A stretch of DNA of 64,000 nt, taken from IMG/VR virus record IMGVR_UViG_3300044859_000256; one strand, given 5' to 3'. The stretch is from an uncultured virus (IMG/VR IMGVR_UViG_3300044859_000256). Lineage: Duplodnaviria > Heunggongvirae > Uroviricota > Caudoviricetes. The notes under the pieces were generated by a model. It was not told the DNA's origin. It searched no databases and saw only the letters and a program-made list of their open reading frames with translations. Of the stretch, positions 9,435 to 19,954 are shown one piece after another. Position numbers and translations under genes: made by a program. Within the stretch, counting starts at the first letter, position 1. Every line of letters starts with the position of its first letter.

Positions 9435-12400
9435 CAGTTTCCTCGGTAAAGATTGGCTTTGACATCACGGGCATGAGCCATGGCTTGGGCTAGTTCAGGC
9501 GACTCTTTGATCAACTTCTCAAGGGCAACCCGACGGTAGTCAGATACCTGCCCTCGGATGAGCGATGTGCGGGGACTCGTGATCCCATCGGTACCCATTT
9601 CAGGGAGACCCTTGAAGAACGGTGATGAGATCACGGAGCGCAGTTGGTCACGCACAGTCTTCCCACCGATCTTCACTTGACCCGTGAGTTCCCCATAGCG
9701 GTCATAGGCAGACTGACCGTTCTTCAACTTGATCTGCTTGAGATCGATGTTGCCTGGGAGGGTTCGACGGGCTCCACCTACTGAGATCAAGGAATCCGAT
9801 AGAGCACGGTTCACAGGATCCTTGGTTGCCCGGGTGCCAGTAACGGGGAACAGAATAGACCATGGGCTCTCGGTGCCTTGCAGTGGTTCCCCAAGAGCAT
9901 TACGGGTCTTATCAACGGAGTTCCCCGTGAACGGTAGACGAGCCAAGATGGCATCGACTGCGTTACGGGTTTCATAGATGGTGCTGTCGGTAAAGGTTGC
10001 CTCAGTCTGTGCCAAGGCGTTCGGTACAACTGCTCCTGCAAACTGACGCATCATCTTGTTTGCAGCAGCCTCATCACCCATGGCCGCTGACATAGCCGTA
10101 GTCAATCCACGCAGGTATGACTTGGAAGTCACATTGTTAGCGATAGACATGATGGCAGCCTTAGAGACACCCATGATGATCCCGTTGTCCTCAGGGGTTG
10201 GGTCATAGGTGCTGCGGCTGATGTCCACAGTGTCCGCGACGATTCCAAGGAAGGTGGCTACTGGGTCATTGCGTCCAAAGGAGACATACACGCCTCCCAC
10301 CTTGATGGCATAGGGTTGCCAACCGGATGCAAGGAGTTGCTTTCGGATGTCGGGATCTACAGGACCCTTGCCGGTGATCATGCCACTAGCGGCTAGACCG
10401 ATGCCTGTGGTGTACAGGACAGTTCCGGTAGCCAATCGCCCTGCTGCCTGAGCTGCTGCCTTCTTATCACCAGCCTTGGCTGCTTGCACCCAAGCGAGAC
10501 TCTGCCCGATGGGGTTACGGTCTGTAACGAAGGCGAGTAGGTTCGTAGGGGTCTTGATGAACGGAACAATCAGTTGCAGTTCAGGTACATGACCGACTGC
10601 TGTTGAGAACGCCTTACCGATGTTGCCTACGAGTCGTGAGCCGAAGGGTGCTGCTTCATCAGCGATATCGGTGTAGTCACGCTTCCAAGTCTGTTCCTTG
10701 ACGCGACGCTCGATTTCCCCTGAGACACGCTGAAGGACTCGATAGTCCTCACCGGCGGCCTGTTGCATATTGCCACCAACGGGAGCCATGTCGCTATCGA
10801 TATAGGCATCCCAGTTCTGATCGACATACCGTTGGACTTCAGGGATGAACAGAGGATTTGCCTTTGCCTTGGCACCCGAGGCATCCAAGGCAGACATGAC
10901 GGACTTTCGTTCAGCCTCATTAGCGATTGCCTTGATGGCATCTCGATCAACCTTGCCAGCCTTGATGGATGCGTTGTAGAGGCGACTGACCTCGGTGACC
11001 ACTGCTGGGTCAGATACAGGTTTCCCTAGGCGATCAGCAACCACGGTACCGAGGGTTTCCCGGAAAGCACCAGGCAGGTACTTATCCCGAGCCTGACGGA
11101 ACCCACGCTCTTCTACAGTCTTACGGGTGTACAGCTGACCATCAATGAAGAGAAGATCACGGAGCCTCGATACCTCTGCTGATACCGCAGCATGAGTGAG
11201 GGGCTTGCCCATGCGCTTCGCTACTTCAGCACGGATAACCGTATCGGCTTCTGAGCGGGCGACAAGGGTCATGAAGAACTCATCGGAAAAACCGAGGGCT
11301 CTCATGGGAGCGTTGACGAATTGACCAAACCAATCCATTGCAGCACCGGCTGGTGTGCGTTGGACTGCGCCGGTGACCTTGTCCACCTCGTTAAGCCAAG
11401 TAACACCCTTGGAGCCAATACGCCTACCAGGTACAAACTCATCACCGTATTGTTGGTTTCCTCGACCGAGAACGAAGGAGTCACCTTCTTCTGACGCGGA
11501 GATCTTGAGAGCCTGAAAGGCATCCGTAGTCTGTGACCAGTACCGCGTGAATACCGATAGTTCATTCGCTGCGCCCGCTGCATCACCTGACAATGCTTTG
11601 CCAGCAGCCCGCTCAAGAGGCATTGCCAACATCTGCAAGCCGTTCCAGGCATTGACTGCAAGGGTCTTTGGTCCCGAAAGGATCGAGTTACGGAACATCT
11701 CAACCGTTACACGCATTCCACTTCGATAGGAACCTTCGGTAAGCAGCGTTGCAGCACGGCGGCCTGTTGATGGATCCCGAAGGAGCAATTCGAGGGCATC
11801 ACCAAACATCTCCATACGCACCCGCTGGTCAGCCGGTGAGAGTGCATTGAAGCCCTTGGAGATCGTGTCCATATCCCCGAATGCTTGAACCATTTGGAGG
11901 TTCTTACCGAGGTAAGACTTGATCGTACGGGTGGATCCGGAGACCACAGTGAATGCCTTGAGGAACGCCTCAGCATCTGCACCGGGAGAACGGATGGCTT
12001 GGAGGGCGTTATGTCGTGTTGCTGCTTCGAGACCAAGGATGAATGGCAACTGTCGGTAAAGCTCCTGTGCCGTTACGACACCACGCTTCATTAGTTGCAC
12101 CATCTCTTCACCGTTGATCTGACCAGTCTCAGCGGCAGCCTTGAGGAAACCCATGGCTTGCATACGGTGTGCTTCGTTGGAAGCAGATCCTGCCTTGCCA
12201 AAGAGTTCAGGGTTCTTATCGAATTGACGGAGGGCGACAATCACCTCTTCGTACATATTGGCAGTAGGTGGACCAGGCTTTACCCCGGGCTTCCCTGGGA
12301 TCTTCCCAAGGATTGGGTTTAGGTTGATGAGACCCTTCTTCTGTAGTTCATCGATACGGGCAGCAATCGCAGTAGTGTCTGCCCCACTTGCCACCAAGTC

Positions 12401-13390
12401 GTGGAGTTCCTTGACTGAAGGAGCATCAGTAACGACAGTCCGCATCTGAGCAACACTTGGTGCTTTACGAGCAGTATCTACACCCGCTACTGGCTTCAGT
12501 GGATCAGTAGGGTCAATGACTGCTGATGCTGTTGGATCAACAGTTGGTGCCACAGCGTCAGCCACAGGAGCAGCCTCAGGCTTTGCCGTCATGGCTTCAT
12601 CTTCAGCCCGGGCAGCAGCATCCACAGACTCCTTTAGATCCTTACCGGCCACCTTCATGGCACCTTCCACAGCCTCCTCTTCAGACTTGCCAGCAGCCCG
12701 CAGACGCTTCATCTCCTTGACAGCCTTCATGGATCCTTTGATTCCCGCGATGACTCCCTCAAAGGCACCACCAATGATGCCACCCTCAAGGGCGTTCTTT
12801 AGGCGACCTTCGAGTTCCGAATCATTCATGTCGGTAGCCATGAACTGCGTGAAGGCGTTATTCAGTGCAGGGTTGTCCGCTTGCACTAGGAGATCAGAGA
12901 GGCGACCTGCATTGCCCTCGAAGGCAGCGAAGTCCGTAACGGCACCCTTGACAAAGGTTCCTCGGATAGCAGCCGCAGTACCACCCCCTGCTCCACCCAA
13001 CCAACCGGCGGTGGCACCTACAGCACCAGGGATCTTTGAGGCTGCCCCAAGGACACCCCCGGCCGCGAGGAACCCGGTGGCTACCTGCGAGATACCTGAC
13101 ACAATGGAACCAGACCATGATGTGCTAGTGCCTAGTGGGTTCGTGTGCCAATCTGGGAGCAGATCCATGGTTGCCCAATCGGCAAGGTTGTAGACACCCT
13201 TGGCAGCATCGATGGCACCCCGGGGGACAGCCTTGATGGTGTCGTAGGTATCCCAAATGGGCTTCGATGGTTCCGCTGCTGGATCAGTAGGTTCCCCGAG
13301 ATCCGTGGGCATCTGAGGAGATACCTGACCGTTGACGATGGCACTGAGCTCATCCTCGTTGAAGTATCTACTATTTGGTGTTGTTGGCAT
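9434..13390 (-). CDS. Internal virion protein (gp16-like)
   Basis: 1318 aa; position; DEFF, PFIKTPTNL, GWQPYAIK motifs. Confidence 0.82.
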   Translation of the reverse strand: MPTTPNSRYFNEDELSAIVNGQVSPQMPTDLGEPTDPAAEPSKPIWDTYDTIKAVPRGAIDAAKGVYNLADWATMDLLPDWHTNPLGTSTSWSGSIVSGISQVATGFLAAGGVLGAASKIPGAVGATAGWLGGAGGGTAAAIRGTFVKGAVTDFAAFEGNAGRLSDLLVQADNPALNNAFTQFMATDMNDSELEGRLKNALEGGIIGGAFEGVIAGIKGSMKAVKEMKRLRAAGKSEEEAVEGAMKVAGKDLKESVDAAARAEDEAMTAKPEAAPVADAVAPTVDPTASAVIDPTDPLKPVAGVDTARKAPSVAQMRTVVTDAPSVKELHDLVASGADTTAIAARIDELQKKGLINLNPILGKIPGKPGVKPGPPTANMYEEVIVALRQFDKNPELFGKAGSASNEAHRMQAMGFLKAAAETGQINGEEMVQLMKRGVVTAQELYRQLPFILGLEAATRHNALQAIRSPGADAEAFLKAFTVVSGSTRTIKSYLGKNLQMVQAFGDMDTISKGFNALSPADQRVRMEMFGDALELLLRDPSTGRRAATLLTEGSYRSGMRVTVEMFRNSILSGPKTLAVNAWNGLQMLAMPLERAAGKALSGDAAGAANELSVFTRYWSQTTDAFQALKISASEEGDSFVLGRGNQQYGDEFVPGRRIGSKGVTWLNEVDKVTGAVQRTPAGAAMDWFGQFVNAPMRALGFSDEFFMTLVARSEADTVIRAEVAKRMGKPLTHAAVSAEVSRLRDLLFIDGQLYTRKTVEERGFRQARDKYLPGAFRETLGTVVADRLGKPVSDPAVVTEVSRLYNASIKAGKVDRDAIKAIANEAERKSVMSALDASGAKAKANPLFIPEVQRYVDQNWDAYIDSDMAPVGGNMQQAAGEDYRVLQRVSGEIERRVKEQTWKRDYTDIADEAAPFGSRLVGNIGKAFSTAVGHVPELQLIVPFIKTPTNLLAFVTDRNPIGQSLAWVQAAKAGDKKAAAQAAGRLATGTVLYTTGIGLAASGMITGKGPVDPDIRKQLLASGWQPYAIKVGGVYVSFGRNDPVATFLGIVADTVDISRSTYDPTPEDNGIIMGVSKAAIMSIANNVTSKSYLRGLTTAMSAAMGDEAAANKMMRQFAGAVVPNALAQTEATFTDSTIYETRNAVDAILARLPFTGNSVDKTRNALGEPLQGTESPWSILFPVTGTRATKDPVNRALSDSLISVGGARRTLPGNIDLKQIKLKNGQSAYDRYGELTGQVKIGGKTVRDQLRSVISSPFFKGLPEMGTDGITSPRTSLIRGQVSDYRRVALEKLIKESPELAQAMAHARDVKANLYRGN

Positions 13391-13393
13391 TGA

Positions 13394-15784
13394 TTATTTC
13401 AGATAGGGGTATGGAATGGACATTGCCCTTCGATAGCGGACAAGCTCTGCCTGACGGGCTACGAAGGGTGCGCGGAGTGCTTCTGTGAGCCCAAGCGAAT
13501 CCATAACCTTGTTGGTTAGTTCCGGATTACGAAGTTCATCTTCACTACGGAACATGGGAACAGCGAATGCGTAATCAACTGCTGCTTCTTTGTTGGGGAG
13601 AACAACACCGAAGACAGGGACACCGTCAGCGGTCTCGTTCGCAATGACCTCTTGGGCTGAGAGACCAATAGCAACTGAACGCTTTATTCGTCCATATTGC
13701 TGTAGGACAAGATCCGGTGTGTATTCCCTAGTGCTAGTGAATGGACCGAAAATTACACGGTTGACTCCCACTTTCCCTTCCGTTTTAGCGACACGCCACA
13801 TATCACCCAATGTTTGTAGGTTCTTCTTTGGATTAACCCGCATACCTAAGCCATTGGCAATATCAGAAAGTGAATCAATCTCACCCTGGACAACTTGCAG
13901 GAAAGCCTGATCTCGTTGTCCTAAGTCACTACCAGCAGCAGCAGCAGCAGCGAATGCATCAGTGACTGTCATCTTTTGGTTGACTGCCACTTCCTCAATG
14001 AAGGCCTCGCGTGGGTCTACGACTTTAGCCTTTCCAAGGGTCACCCCGGAATCAGTAGCAGCCTTCATGCCACGCATAGCCTGGTTCTGCTCCTTGACCC
14101 TACCGTCGTAGTAGCCATCAAGAATCCCCACGACTGCGCGGTTGGCAACCTCAACACCCGAGGCAGCCTTGAGATCCCGGTAGGTCATCCCTGAGGTTGC
14201 ATCGAGTACATCACCACGCACGAATGCTTTAACGCGTTCGTTAGCACCCGCTCTCCACTCAGTCTCAAGATCATTTGCTTCATCCATCTTGGACGGAGGC
14301 AGGATTGGTTGCCCACTGGCATTCCTGCCGGTAGCCATGTCAGCATCGACATAACTCTGAAGGATCTTTGCGGTGATTCCCTTGCCATTCTGTTGGACAT
14401 AGGCCGTAGTAGCACCACGCACCACACCAATATTCTCTTGCCAGTGCCTATCAAGCATCATCTGGCTTTGGATAGGTAGTTTGGTCATGCGGTCACGGAG
14501 TAGTCCGCGATCAGGGATTGATCCATCGTCAATTGCATCCATGATGTCCCGAGTTTCTGCATCAGAAGCAGCGTTTCTCTGCACACCAACGGCAGCAAAC
14601 AGCGGGCTCAACTTAAGTTGGATTGCTGAACGCAACCCATCACGGACATCAGGCTTCATATCCGGATTCTTAGTTACATATTCATCGAGGAGCTTCTCTG
14701 TGATCTGCTGCGCCTGTTCAGCATTGCCAGCCATAATGGCTGCACTGACCTTCTCATTCCAACCGAGGGCATAGATCCCACGGACACCCTGTTGGATGTT
14801 CTGGTCAAAGACCCGTTCATTCCGGGTTGCCTCAGCAGCAATCTCGTTGAGCCGCTGATCCTTGATGGTCAGTAGGTTTGAATAGAAGGCAGGGTTCTGA
14901 TTGATCTGAGCCTTACCGAAGGACAACTTGCCCATGGCTGACATCATGGTCTCCACTTCAGCCTCATCCTTGGTCTGCGAGATCGCGGTCTCAAAGCCAC
15001 CCAGGAGAACCTTACGAGCAATCAGCGGATCCGTAGTGGTCAAGTGGATACTGTCCACCATCTGCTGCATGGCTACACCCACGGAACCCTTAGAGTCCCA
15101 TTCATAGCCACTGGCACCGGCGGTACGAAGAGCCTCAGCGATACCGTTCTGAGTCTGCTCAACAGCAATGAACTCTTGACGCTTCAGCATCTCCGCTTGG
15201 AACTTACTGCTGAACTCAGCGTTGGCTTCTTGGGCAACCGAGGCAAACCCAGCAGCACCATAGATGTCTGATGTGAAGGCATCCATGCCTACCTTCTCGG
15301 CGGCCTGTTTGGCGATCTCAGAGAATGGGACAGGGTTCGCAGGGTCTGTGGCAGATGCTGAGAGTGACGCTAAGGCGTTCCTGTACTGGAGGCCACCGGA
15401 TCGCCCAAAGTTCTTACGGGCTTCCATGAGGAAGAAGGGGTTCGCTGAATCAGGAGCATTGTTCTTGACAACGGCTTCCTTGAAGGCGCGGTTGAGGGCG
15501 AACTGACGCTCCTGTGGGGTAGCGTTGGGATCTACATTGAGATCAACCTGGGAGAAGTCAACAGAGGCTCCTTGGATCGCAAGGTTCCGCTTGTCCTCCT
15601 CAGCAGCCCGCGCAAGCATTCCTTGGAGTGATGGGGAGAACCCTGAGAGAGCCTCACCCAATTGCTGTAGGGAGTTACCACGGAGTTGTTGCCCAGGTGC
15701 CGGGGTGACATTGAGGTTTACCGGCGAGGCTGAAGGTTGAATAGCGACCTGCGTGAGGTCACGGGGTGTAAGGGATGTTGCCAT
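13394..15784 (-). CDS. Internal virion protein (gp15-like)
   Basis: ~800 aa helical ORF with LQQLGEALSGFSPSL N-terminus; synteny. Confidence 0.75.
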   Translation of the reverse strand: MATSLTPRDLTQVAIQPSASPVNLNVTPAPGQQLRGNSLQQLGEALSGFSPSLQGMLARAAEEDKRNLAIQGASVDFSQVDLNVDPNATPQERQFALNRAFKEAVVKNNAPDSANPFFLMEARKNFGRSGGLQYRNALASLSASATDPANPVPFSEIAKQAAEKVGMDAFTSDIYGAAGFASVAQEANAEFSSKFQAEMLKRQEFIAVEQTQNGIAEALRTAGASGYEWDSKGSVGVAMQQMVDSIHLTTTDPLIARKVLLGGFETAISQTKDEAEVETMMSAMGKLSFGKAQINQNPAFYSNLLTIKDQRLNEIAAEATRNERVFDQNIQQGVRGIYALGWNEKVSAAIMAGNAEQAQQITEKLLDEYVTKNPDMKPDVRDGLRSAIQLKLSPLFAAVGVQRNAASDAETRDIMDAIDDGSIPDRGLLRDRMTKLPIQSQMMLDRHWQENIGVVRGATTAYVQQNGKGITAKILQSYVDADMATGRNASGQPILPPSKMDEANDLETEWRAGANERVKAFVRGDVLDATSGMTYRDLKAASGVEVANRAVVGILDGYYDGRVKEQNQAMRGMKAATDSGVTLGKAKVVDPREAFIEEVAVNQKMTVTDAFAAAAAAGSDLGQRDQAFLQVVQGEIDSLSDIANGLGMRVNPKKNLQTLGDMWRVAKTEGKVGVNRVIFGPFTSTREYTPDLVLQQYGRIKRSVAIGLSAQEVIANETADGVPVFGVVLPNKEAAVDYAFAVPMFRSEDELRNPELTNKVMDSLGLTEALRAPFVARQAELVRYRRAMSIPYPYLK

Positions 15785-15786
15785 AG

Positions 15787-16491
15787 TTAGTACCACCCTC
15801 GGCTAACCATGCGGACGGAGGTGGGCATGGAACCCATGAAAGCCTCGCGTCGAGCAAGCGTTGAGTAGTTGGCTGAAGGTGCACTACCTGTACCGAAGCC
15901 CATCCGATCTATATTGCCATAAGTATTCACAGCACCGAGGACACCTCCACCAACCTGAAGAGCAGGAACAAAGGGACTTGGTTCAGTAGTCGTTGGGTAG
16001 GAACGGATCATGGTTCCATCGGCTTGCCCCTGCATACCGAGTTGTTCAATCATCAGTTGGCGACTACGGAAGTCGTAGTTGAGGTTGACATTGGCGATGG
16101 ATTCATTCTGTTGACGGGTGAACTCGTTCATCAACATATTGACGGAGTTGCCCTGGATACCTGCTTCACCCGTAGTGGTACGAATGGAACCAAAGGCAGT
16201 CTCAGCTTCCTGACGGATCTGCTGTACCTGTTGAGCCTTACTGATCTGCTCCTCACGCTGACGGACACCGACCTGCTGATATTGGAGTTGCAGGTTCTCT
16301 TGGGCAAGACGCTGCCCTTCTTCGTACTGGTACTTCTGTGAGTCAGCCGCTTGCTTCTGACCGGCATAGGACACACCGGCACTCGCTGCTGTTGCTGCCA
16401 CCGATAGCACTGCCATGGTTCCAGCAGCAGCTGCCGCTGCCTCTGATGCTCCAAGAGCAATACCAATGGGTGCTAGGAATGGAATACACAT
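15787..16491 (-). CDS. Internal virion protein (gp14-like)
   Basis: MC start, Ala/Gln-rich, GEAGIQGNSV motif; synteny. Confidence 0.8.
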   Translation of the reverse strand: MCIPFLAPIGIALGASEAAAAAAGTMAVLSVAATAASAGVSYAGQKQAADSQKYQYEEGQRLAQENLQLQYQQVGVRQREEQISKAQQVQQIRQEAETAFGSIRTTTGEAGIQGNSVNMLMNEFTRQQNESIANVNLNYDFRSRQLMIEQLGMQGQADGTMIRSYPTTTEPSPFVPALQVGGGVLGAVNTYGNIDRMGFGTGSAPSANYSTLARREAFMGSMPTSVRMVSRGWY

Positions 16492-16494
16492 GAG

Positions 16495-16947
16495 TTAGAT
16501 AGCCTTTCGGTAGTAACCGATTCGTTGATTGTTGTGAGTAGCGATATTGGTGAGAGTGAATCCCACCCATACCAGCCAATCTGTATGTTTCGTGTTTCGC
16601 ATATCGACCCAGTTTCCTACTCCGGAAACACCGGGCAAACTGGAAACAGGCGCAATGATGTGGTTCACCCACAGCCGACTCTGCCGCAGGAATGCCATAG
16701 GAAATGTGAAGAGCTCTTCAGTCCCTAGAAGCCAGACGGTGCCGGTGGGCGTGATCCCGAACATGGCCGTAGGGTTCCCTGTTTCCCCGATGACGGTGAG
16801 GCACTGCAACGAATGCGCCAGACCCTCCCGCAGAGAACACAGCGGATCAACCCCCCACAAGTCGCACTCTTGTCTGTCAGCCTCACGCAGAGCTCCTGCG
16901 ATCCGAGCACAATCGGCTTCTTTCGAGGGACGCACATGGGGGGTCAT
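16495..16947 (-). CDS. gp13-like virion protein (GNAT-like)
   Basis: LREADRQEC, VWLLGT, NWVDMRN..WLVWVGF. Confidence 0.8.
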   Translation of the reverse strand: MTPHVRPSKEADCARIAGALREADRQECDLWGVDPLCSLREGLAHSLQCLTVIGETGNPTAMFGITPTGTVWLLGTEELFTFPMAFLRQSRLWVNHIIAPVSSLPGVSGVGNWVDMRNTKHTDWLVWVGFTLTNIATHNNQRIGYYRKAI

Positions 16948-19304
16948 ATAGTCCTGTTACGGGTTGAGTAGTTCGCCTCAAAGGAGGCACTTTGGATCCG
17001 ACATGGAAGATGAGATGTGCTGACTACAGATACCTTGGCATCAGCAGCGCGGCAGTGAACAGGGAACCTGAACGAGTCTGTGACTAGATTCGGAGTATTG
17101 GCAAGCAGACTGCCACCGAGTACTGACCCATCGAATGTGTAGGAGAATGGGGTTCGATACTTAGGGGTGACTTCAACCTTGAAGTTCCCTGTTTCCTCGA
17201 ACGATAGAACTCCATAGGTGAGTTGCAAGCGGCCATCAATGATGGGCTTATCCTGGTTCCGTGCATACTGCTTCGAGAATGTCCAACGCATTTCGTATGG
17301 AACACCCACCCAAGCAACGGTTCCAACGAGATTCGCAAGGACAACTACCTCAGTGCTAGTGACCTGAATAGGCTGATACTTGATCCCGTTGGCTACCACT
17401 ACGGGGCTATAGGCACTCAGGTTTAAGTTAGTTGAGTAGAGGAACTTAGTGGTTCCATAGACTGTTCCCGCAACTCCTGTGGCAACTGCGCGACGGTCGA
17501 GGTGGACACCCCAAGTTAACCCTGGGTCTGTGAAGCGTCCTTCAAACTCCACCTTCTCCAAGAAGGTTTCGGTACCACGGGTAACCACCATGTACAGGAT
17601 GTGGTCGTACCAGTGCATACCTGCGACTACTGCATCAGCACCGAGATCCCATTTGCTCCAGGCTGATTGGATCTTCTCGCTGCCGTTTACGAACCACTTA
17701 TGGTTGTAGAGGCCGGTAGATGTACGGAGGAATGCCGTACTGTCATGGGTGCTCACAGCGATCTGTTGAGGTACCCCTGCAATGTAAGCAGGGATGTTGG
17801 CAGTGATATCGAGTCCGTCATACTTCTCATCGACTGAGATACGCACATACTCACGGACACCCACATTCTGTCCCTTGCTCTGGATGAACAAGAGTGATCT
17901 GCCCGTAGGTTGTGGCTTACAGACTGAGGAGAAGTTCTCGAAGTCTGTGGTCTGAACGATCTCCACAGTCTCAGGGGTCAGGTTGGTATCCGCACCGGAA
18001 CCTAAGGAGAACTGAGTGGTATCCGTGAAGAGGATCAAGCGTTCATCCCAACCGACTGCTGCTCGTAACGAAGATACCTGAGAGTGTGCTACCGATACAT
18101 CAATGGGATCTGAATCAATGATCTGCGTTGATGTTGTACGCCAGAAGCCAAAATAGTTCCCCGCCTCACTCATGACCACCTTGTTGTCCGCGAGAAAACC
18201 AAGGCGATTCCTGTAGAGGAACATATCGTTGATCTTGCGTCCAACGAATGACGGAGGGGCTGCTGTTACAGCATCACCTACCAGGCGGAGATCCCATGTG
18301 GGTTTGTAGCATCCAAAGTTGCCATCTGACCTTCTTACAAGGACATAAGGCAGCGTGGCATCTGAGAGTGTCGTAGTAACACCGAAGCCAACAGACTCTT
18401 CCCAACGGCCTGAGCCGGTGATCCCATCGTTAGCGATGAAGATCCCGTAGTAGTCGCTCGTAGATGGATCTTCAATGTCAGCACCAATGGCTATCTTGAA
18501 GTCGTGAGGAGCCGCTAGGGGTAGATCGGATATACGGGCTACCTTGCCCTTGGCAACAGACATGATGGTTCCACCGGCAGAATCAGATGTCTTGACGGTG
18601 AATGTCCGAGCAAGACCAGTTTGATCCTGAGTAAGGACGATGGTGGATCCTGTGATAGTTGCTGTTACATAGTGAGTAGCAGTTCCTCCGTTAATCAGGG
18701 TCACCAAGGCAGCAGCAATAGTTTCCGTATCAGCGGTAGGGGCTGCGGCAGTTGTCGTATGGGTGTATGGATAATCAGTAGTCAAATACCGAATCGTTAC
18801 CGTGTACTTAGTTGAGTAGGAAGCCTGGATGATGGCTACAAGAGCCTTCTGTTCCGCCACCCCAGTTGTTGTACCTGCCATTGCCACAGTCGTAGTGGTG
18901 TTCAGTAAGAAGGTGTAGTCAGCAACAGTGAGTGCCCGTAGGTTCGCAGGGGTGCTGAGGTAACCAGAACCAGGGAGCGTGAAGGCGGTGAAGCCGGTGC
19001 TATCCGTATAGACAGGCTTCTCTACACCAGCAAGCGTAAATACCTTCAAAGTAGTTGAGGTTCCGCGCACCACATACCGCTCAACCGAGTCACGATTGAT
19101 GAAGTGGATGAACGGGGCTGTTGCTTGTGTATCCGACAACCGTGCAATGTGGTTCGTTGGTGGCCGCTTAGTTAGCCCCTCGGTCAACGAAGGGTAGGCA
19201 TTGGTCTGCTCCTCAAGCTGTGAGGGCAACCGCATCTGAGGGGGCTGCTGAGAGACCCCTTGAATCAGGTTGGGGATCTGGAGCGAGATTAAGCTCACGC
19301 CCAC
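16944..19304 (-). CDS. Tail tubular protein B (gp12-like)
   Basis: IPNLIQGVSQQP, GLTKRPP, FLYRNRLGFL, DSDPID, QSAWSKW. Confidence 0.95.
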   Translation of the reverse strand: MGVSLISLQIPNLIQGVSQQPPQMRLPSQLEEQTNAYPSLTEGLTKRPPTNHIARLSDTQATAPFIHFINRDSVERYVVRGTSTTLKVFTLAGVEKPVYTDSTGFTAFTLPGSGYLSTPANLRALTVADYTFLLNTTTTVAMAGTTTGVAEQKALVAIIQASYSTKYTVTIRYLTTDYPYTHTTTAAAPTADTETIAAALVTLINGGTATHYVTATITGSTIVLTQDQTGLARTFTVKTSDSAGGTIMSVAKGKVARISDLPLAAPHDFKIAIGADIEDPSTSDYYGIFIANDGITGSGRWEESVGFGVTTTLSDATLPYVLVRRSDGNFGCYKPTWDLRLVGDAVTAAPPSFVGRKINDMFLYRNRLGFLADNKVVMSEAGNYFGFWRTTSTQIIDSDPIDVSVAHSQVSSLRAAVGWDERLILFTDTTQFSLGSGADTNLTPETVEIVQTTDFENFSSVCKPQPTGRSLLFIQSKGQNVGVREYVRISVDEKYDGLDITANIPAYIAGVPQQIAVSTHDSTAFLRTSTGLYNHKWFVNGSEKIQSAWSKWDLGADAVVAGMHWYDHILYMVVTRGTETFLEKVEFEGRFTDPGLTWGVHLDRRAVATGVAGTVYGTTKFLYSTNLNLSAYSPVVVANGIKYQPIQVTSTEVVVLANLVGTVAWVGVPYEMRWTFSKQYARNQDKPIIDGRLQLTYGVLSFEETGNFKVEVTPKYRTPFSYTFDGSVLGGSLLANTPNLVTDSFRFPVHCRAADAKVSVVSTSHLPCRIQSASFEANYSTRNRTI

Positions 19305-19867
19305 CTCCGGAGGTTCGATGAGATATCTGCATTGTTGAAGATGTTGAGGTCTGCTTGCTCAGATTCAAACTCACGAAGAGTCATCCAAGCCTGAACCTCA
19401 TCACGCTCCGTAAAGGCAACACCCTTCTCACTCCCAACCAACCGGGCTACCAAGGTGCGCCCTGCTCTGATCATTGCGTACCTGCGGGCTGACTCAGGCA
19501 TATCGTCCCATTCCAGGAGGATGACTACTTCTAGTTCATCCATGTCAGTCGTGAAGACATCCGTGGAGTCCTCACGGTTGTAGAGGAAACTACCTTTCTT
19601 AGCCACATCCTTAGTCGCATGGTCAACACGAACCCAAGCAGCGGGTACCGCAATCTTGCCATTGACATTCTTAGTCAGAGTCTGCTTGGTTAACTTGTTC
19701 CAAGACCACTCGCGGCTGCAAAGGTCTCGGCAGACTTCATCGAGGATGTTGATGGACATACTCACATCAGCCGTAGCAGTTGCTTCAAGCGAAGACACCG
19801 GGGATTCCCCGATGCAGGACAGCATCGTGTTGATCGCAGAGATCTTCGTTGTTTCAGTGAGTGCCAT
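19295..19867 (-). CDS. Tail tubular protein A (gp11-like)
   Basis: AINTMLSCIGESPVSSL, WSWN, MPESARRY. Confidence 0.93.
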   Translation of the reverse strand: MALTETTKISAINTMLSCIGESPVSSLEATATADVSMSINILDEVCRDLCSREWSWNKLTKQTLTKNVNGKIAVPAAWVRVDHATKDVAKKGSFLYNREDSTDVFTTDMDELEVVILLEWDDMPESARRYAMIRAGRTLVARLVGSEKGVAFTERDEVQAWMTLREFESEQADLNIFNNADISSNLRRWA

Positions 19868-19896
19868 GGGGTTCTCGATGGTTTCTTAGGGGATCA

Positions 19897-19937
19897 AACA
19901 GAATCCCCCTGCACCTATTTCTAGATGCAGGGGGGAT
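19897..19937 (-). terminator. Hairpin after capsid gene (T-phi position)
   Basis: ATCCCCCTGCA...TGCAGGGGGGAT stem with weak T tail on the minus strand. Confidence 0.65.
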
Positions 19938-19954
19938 AAAGGGGTCAAACGGGA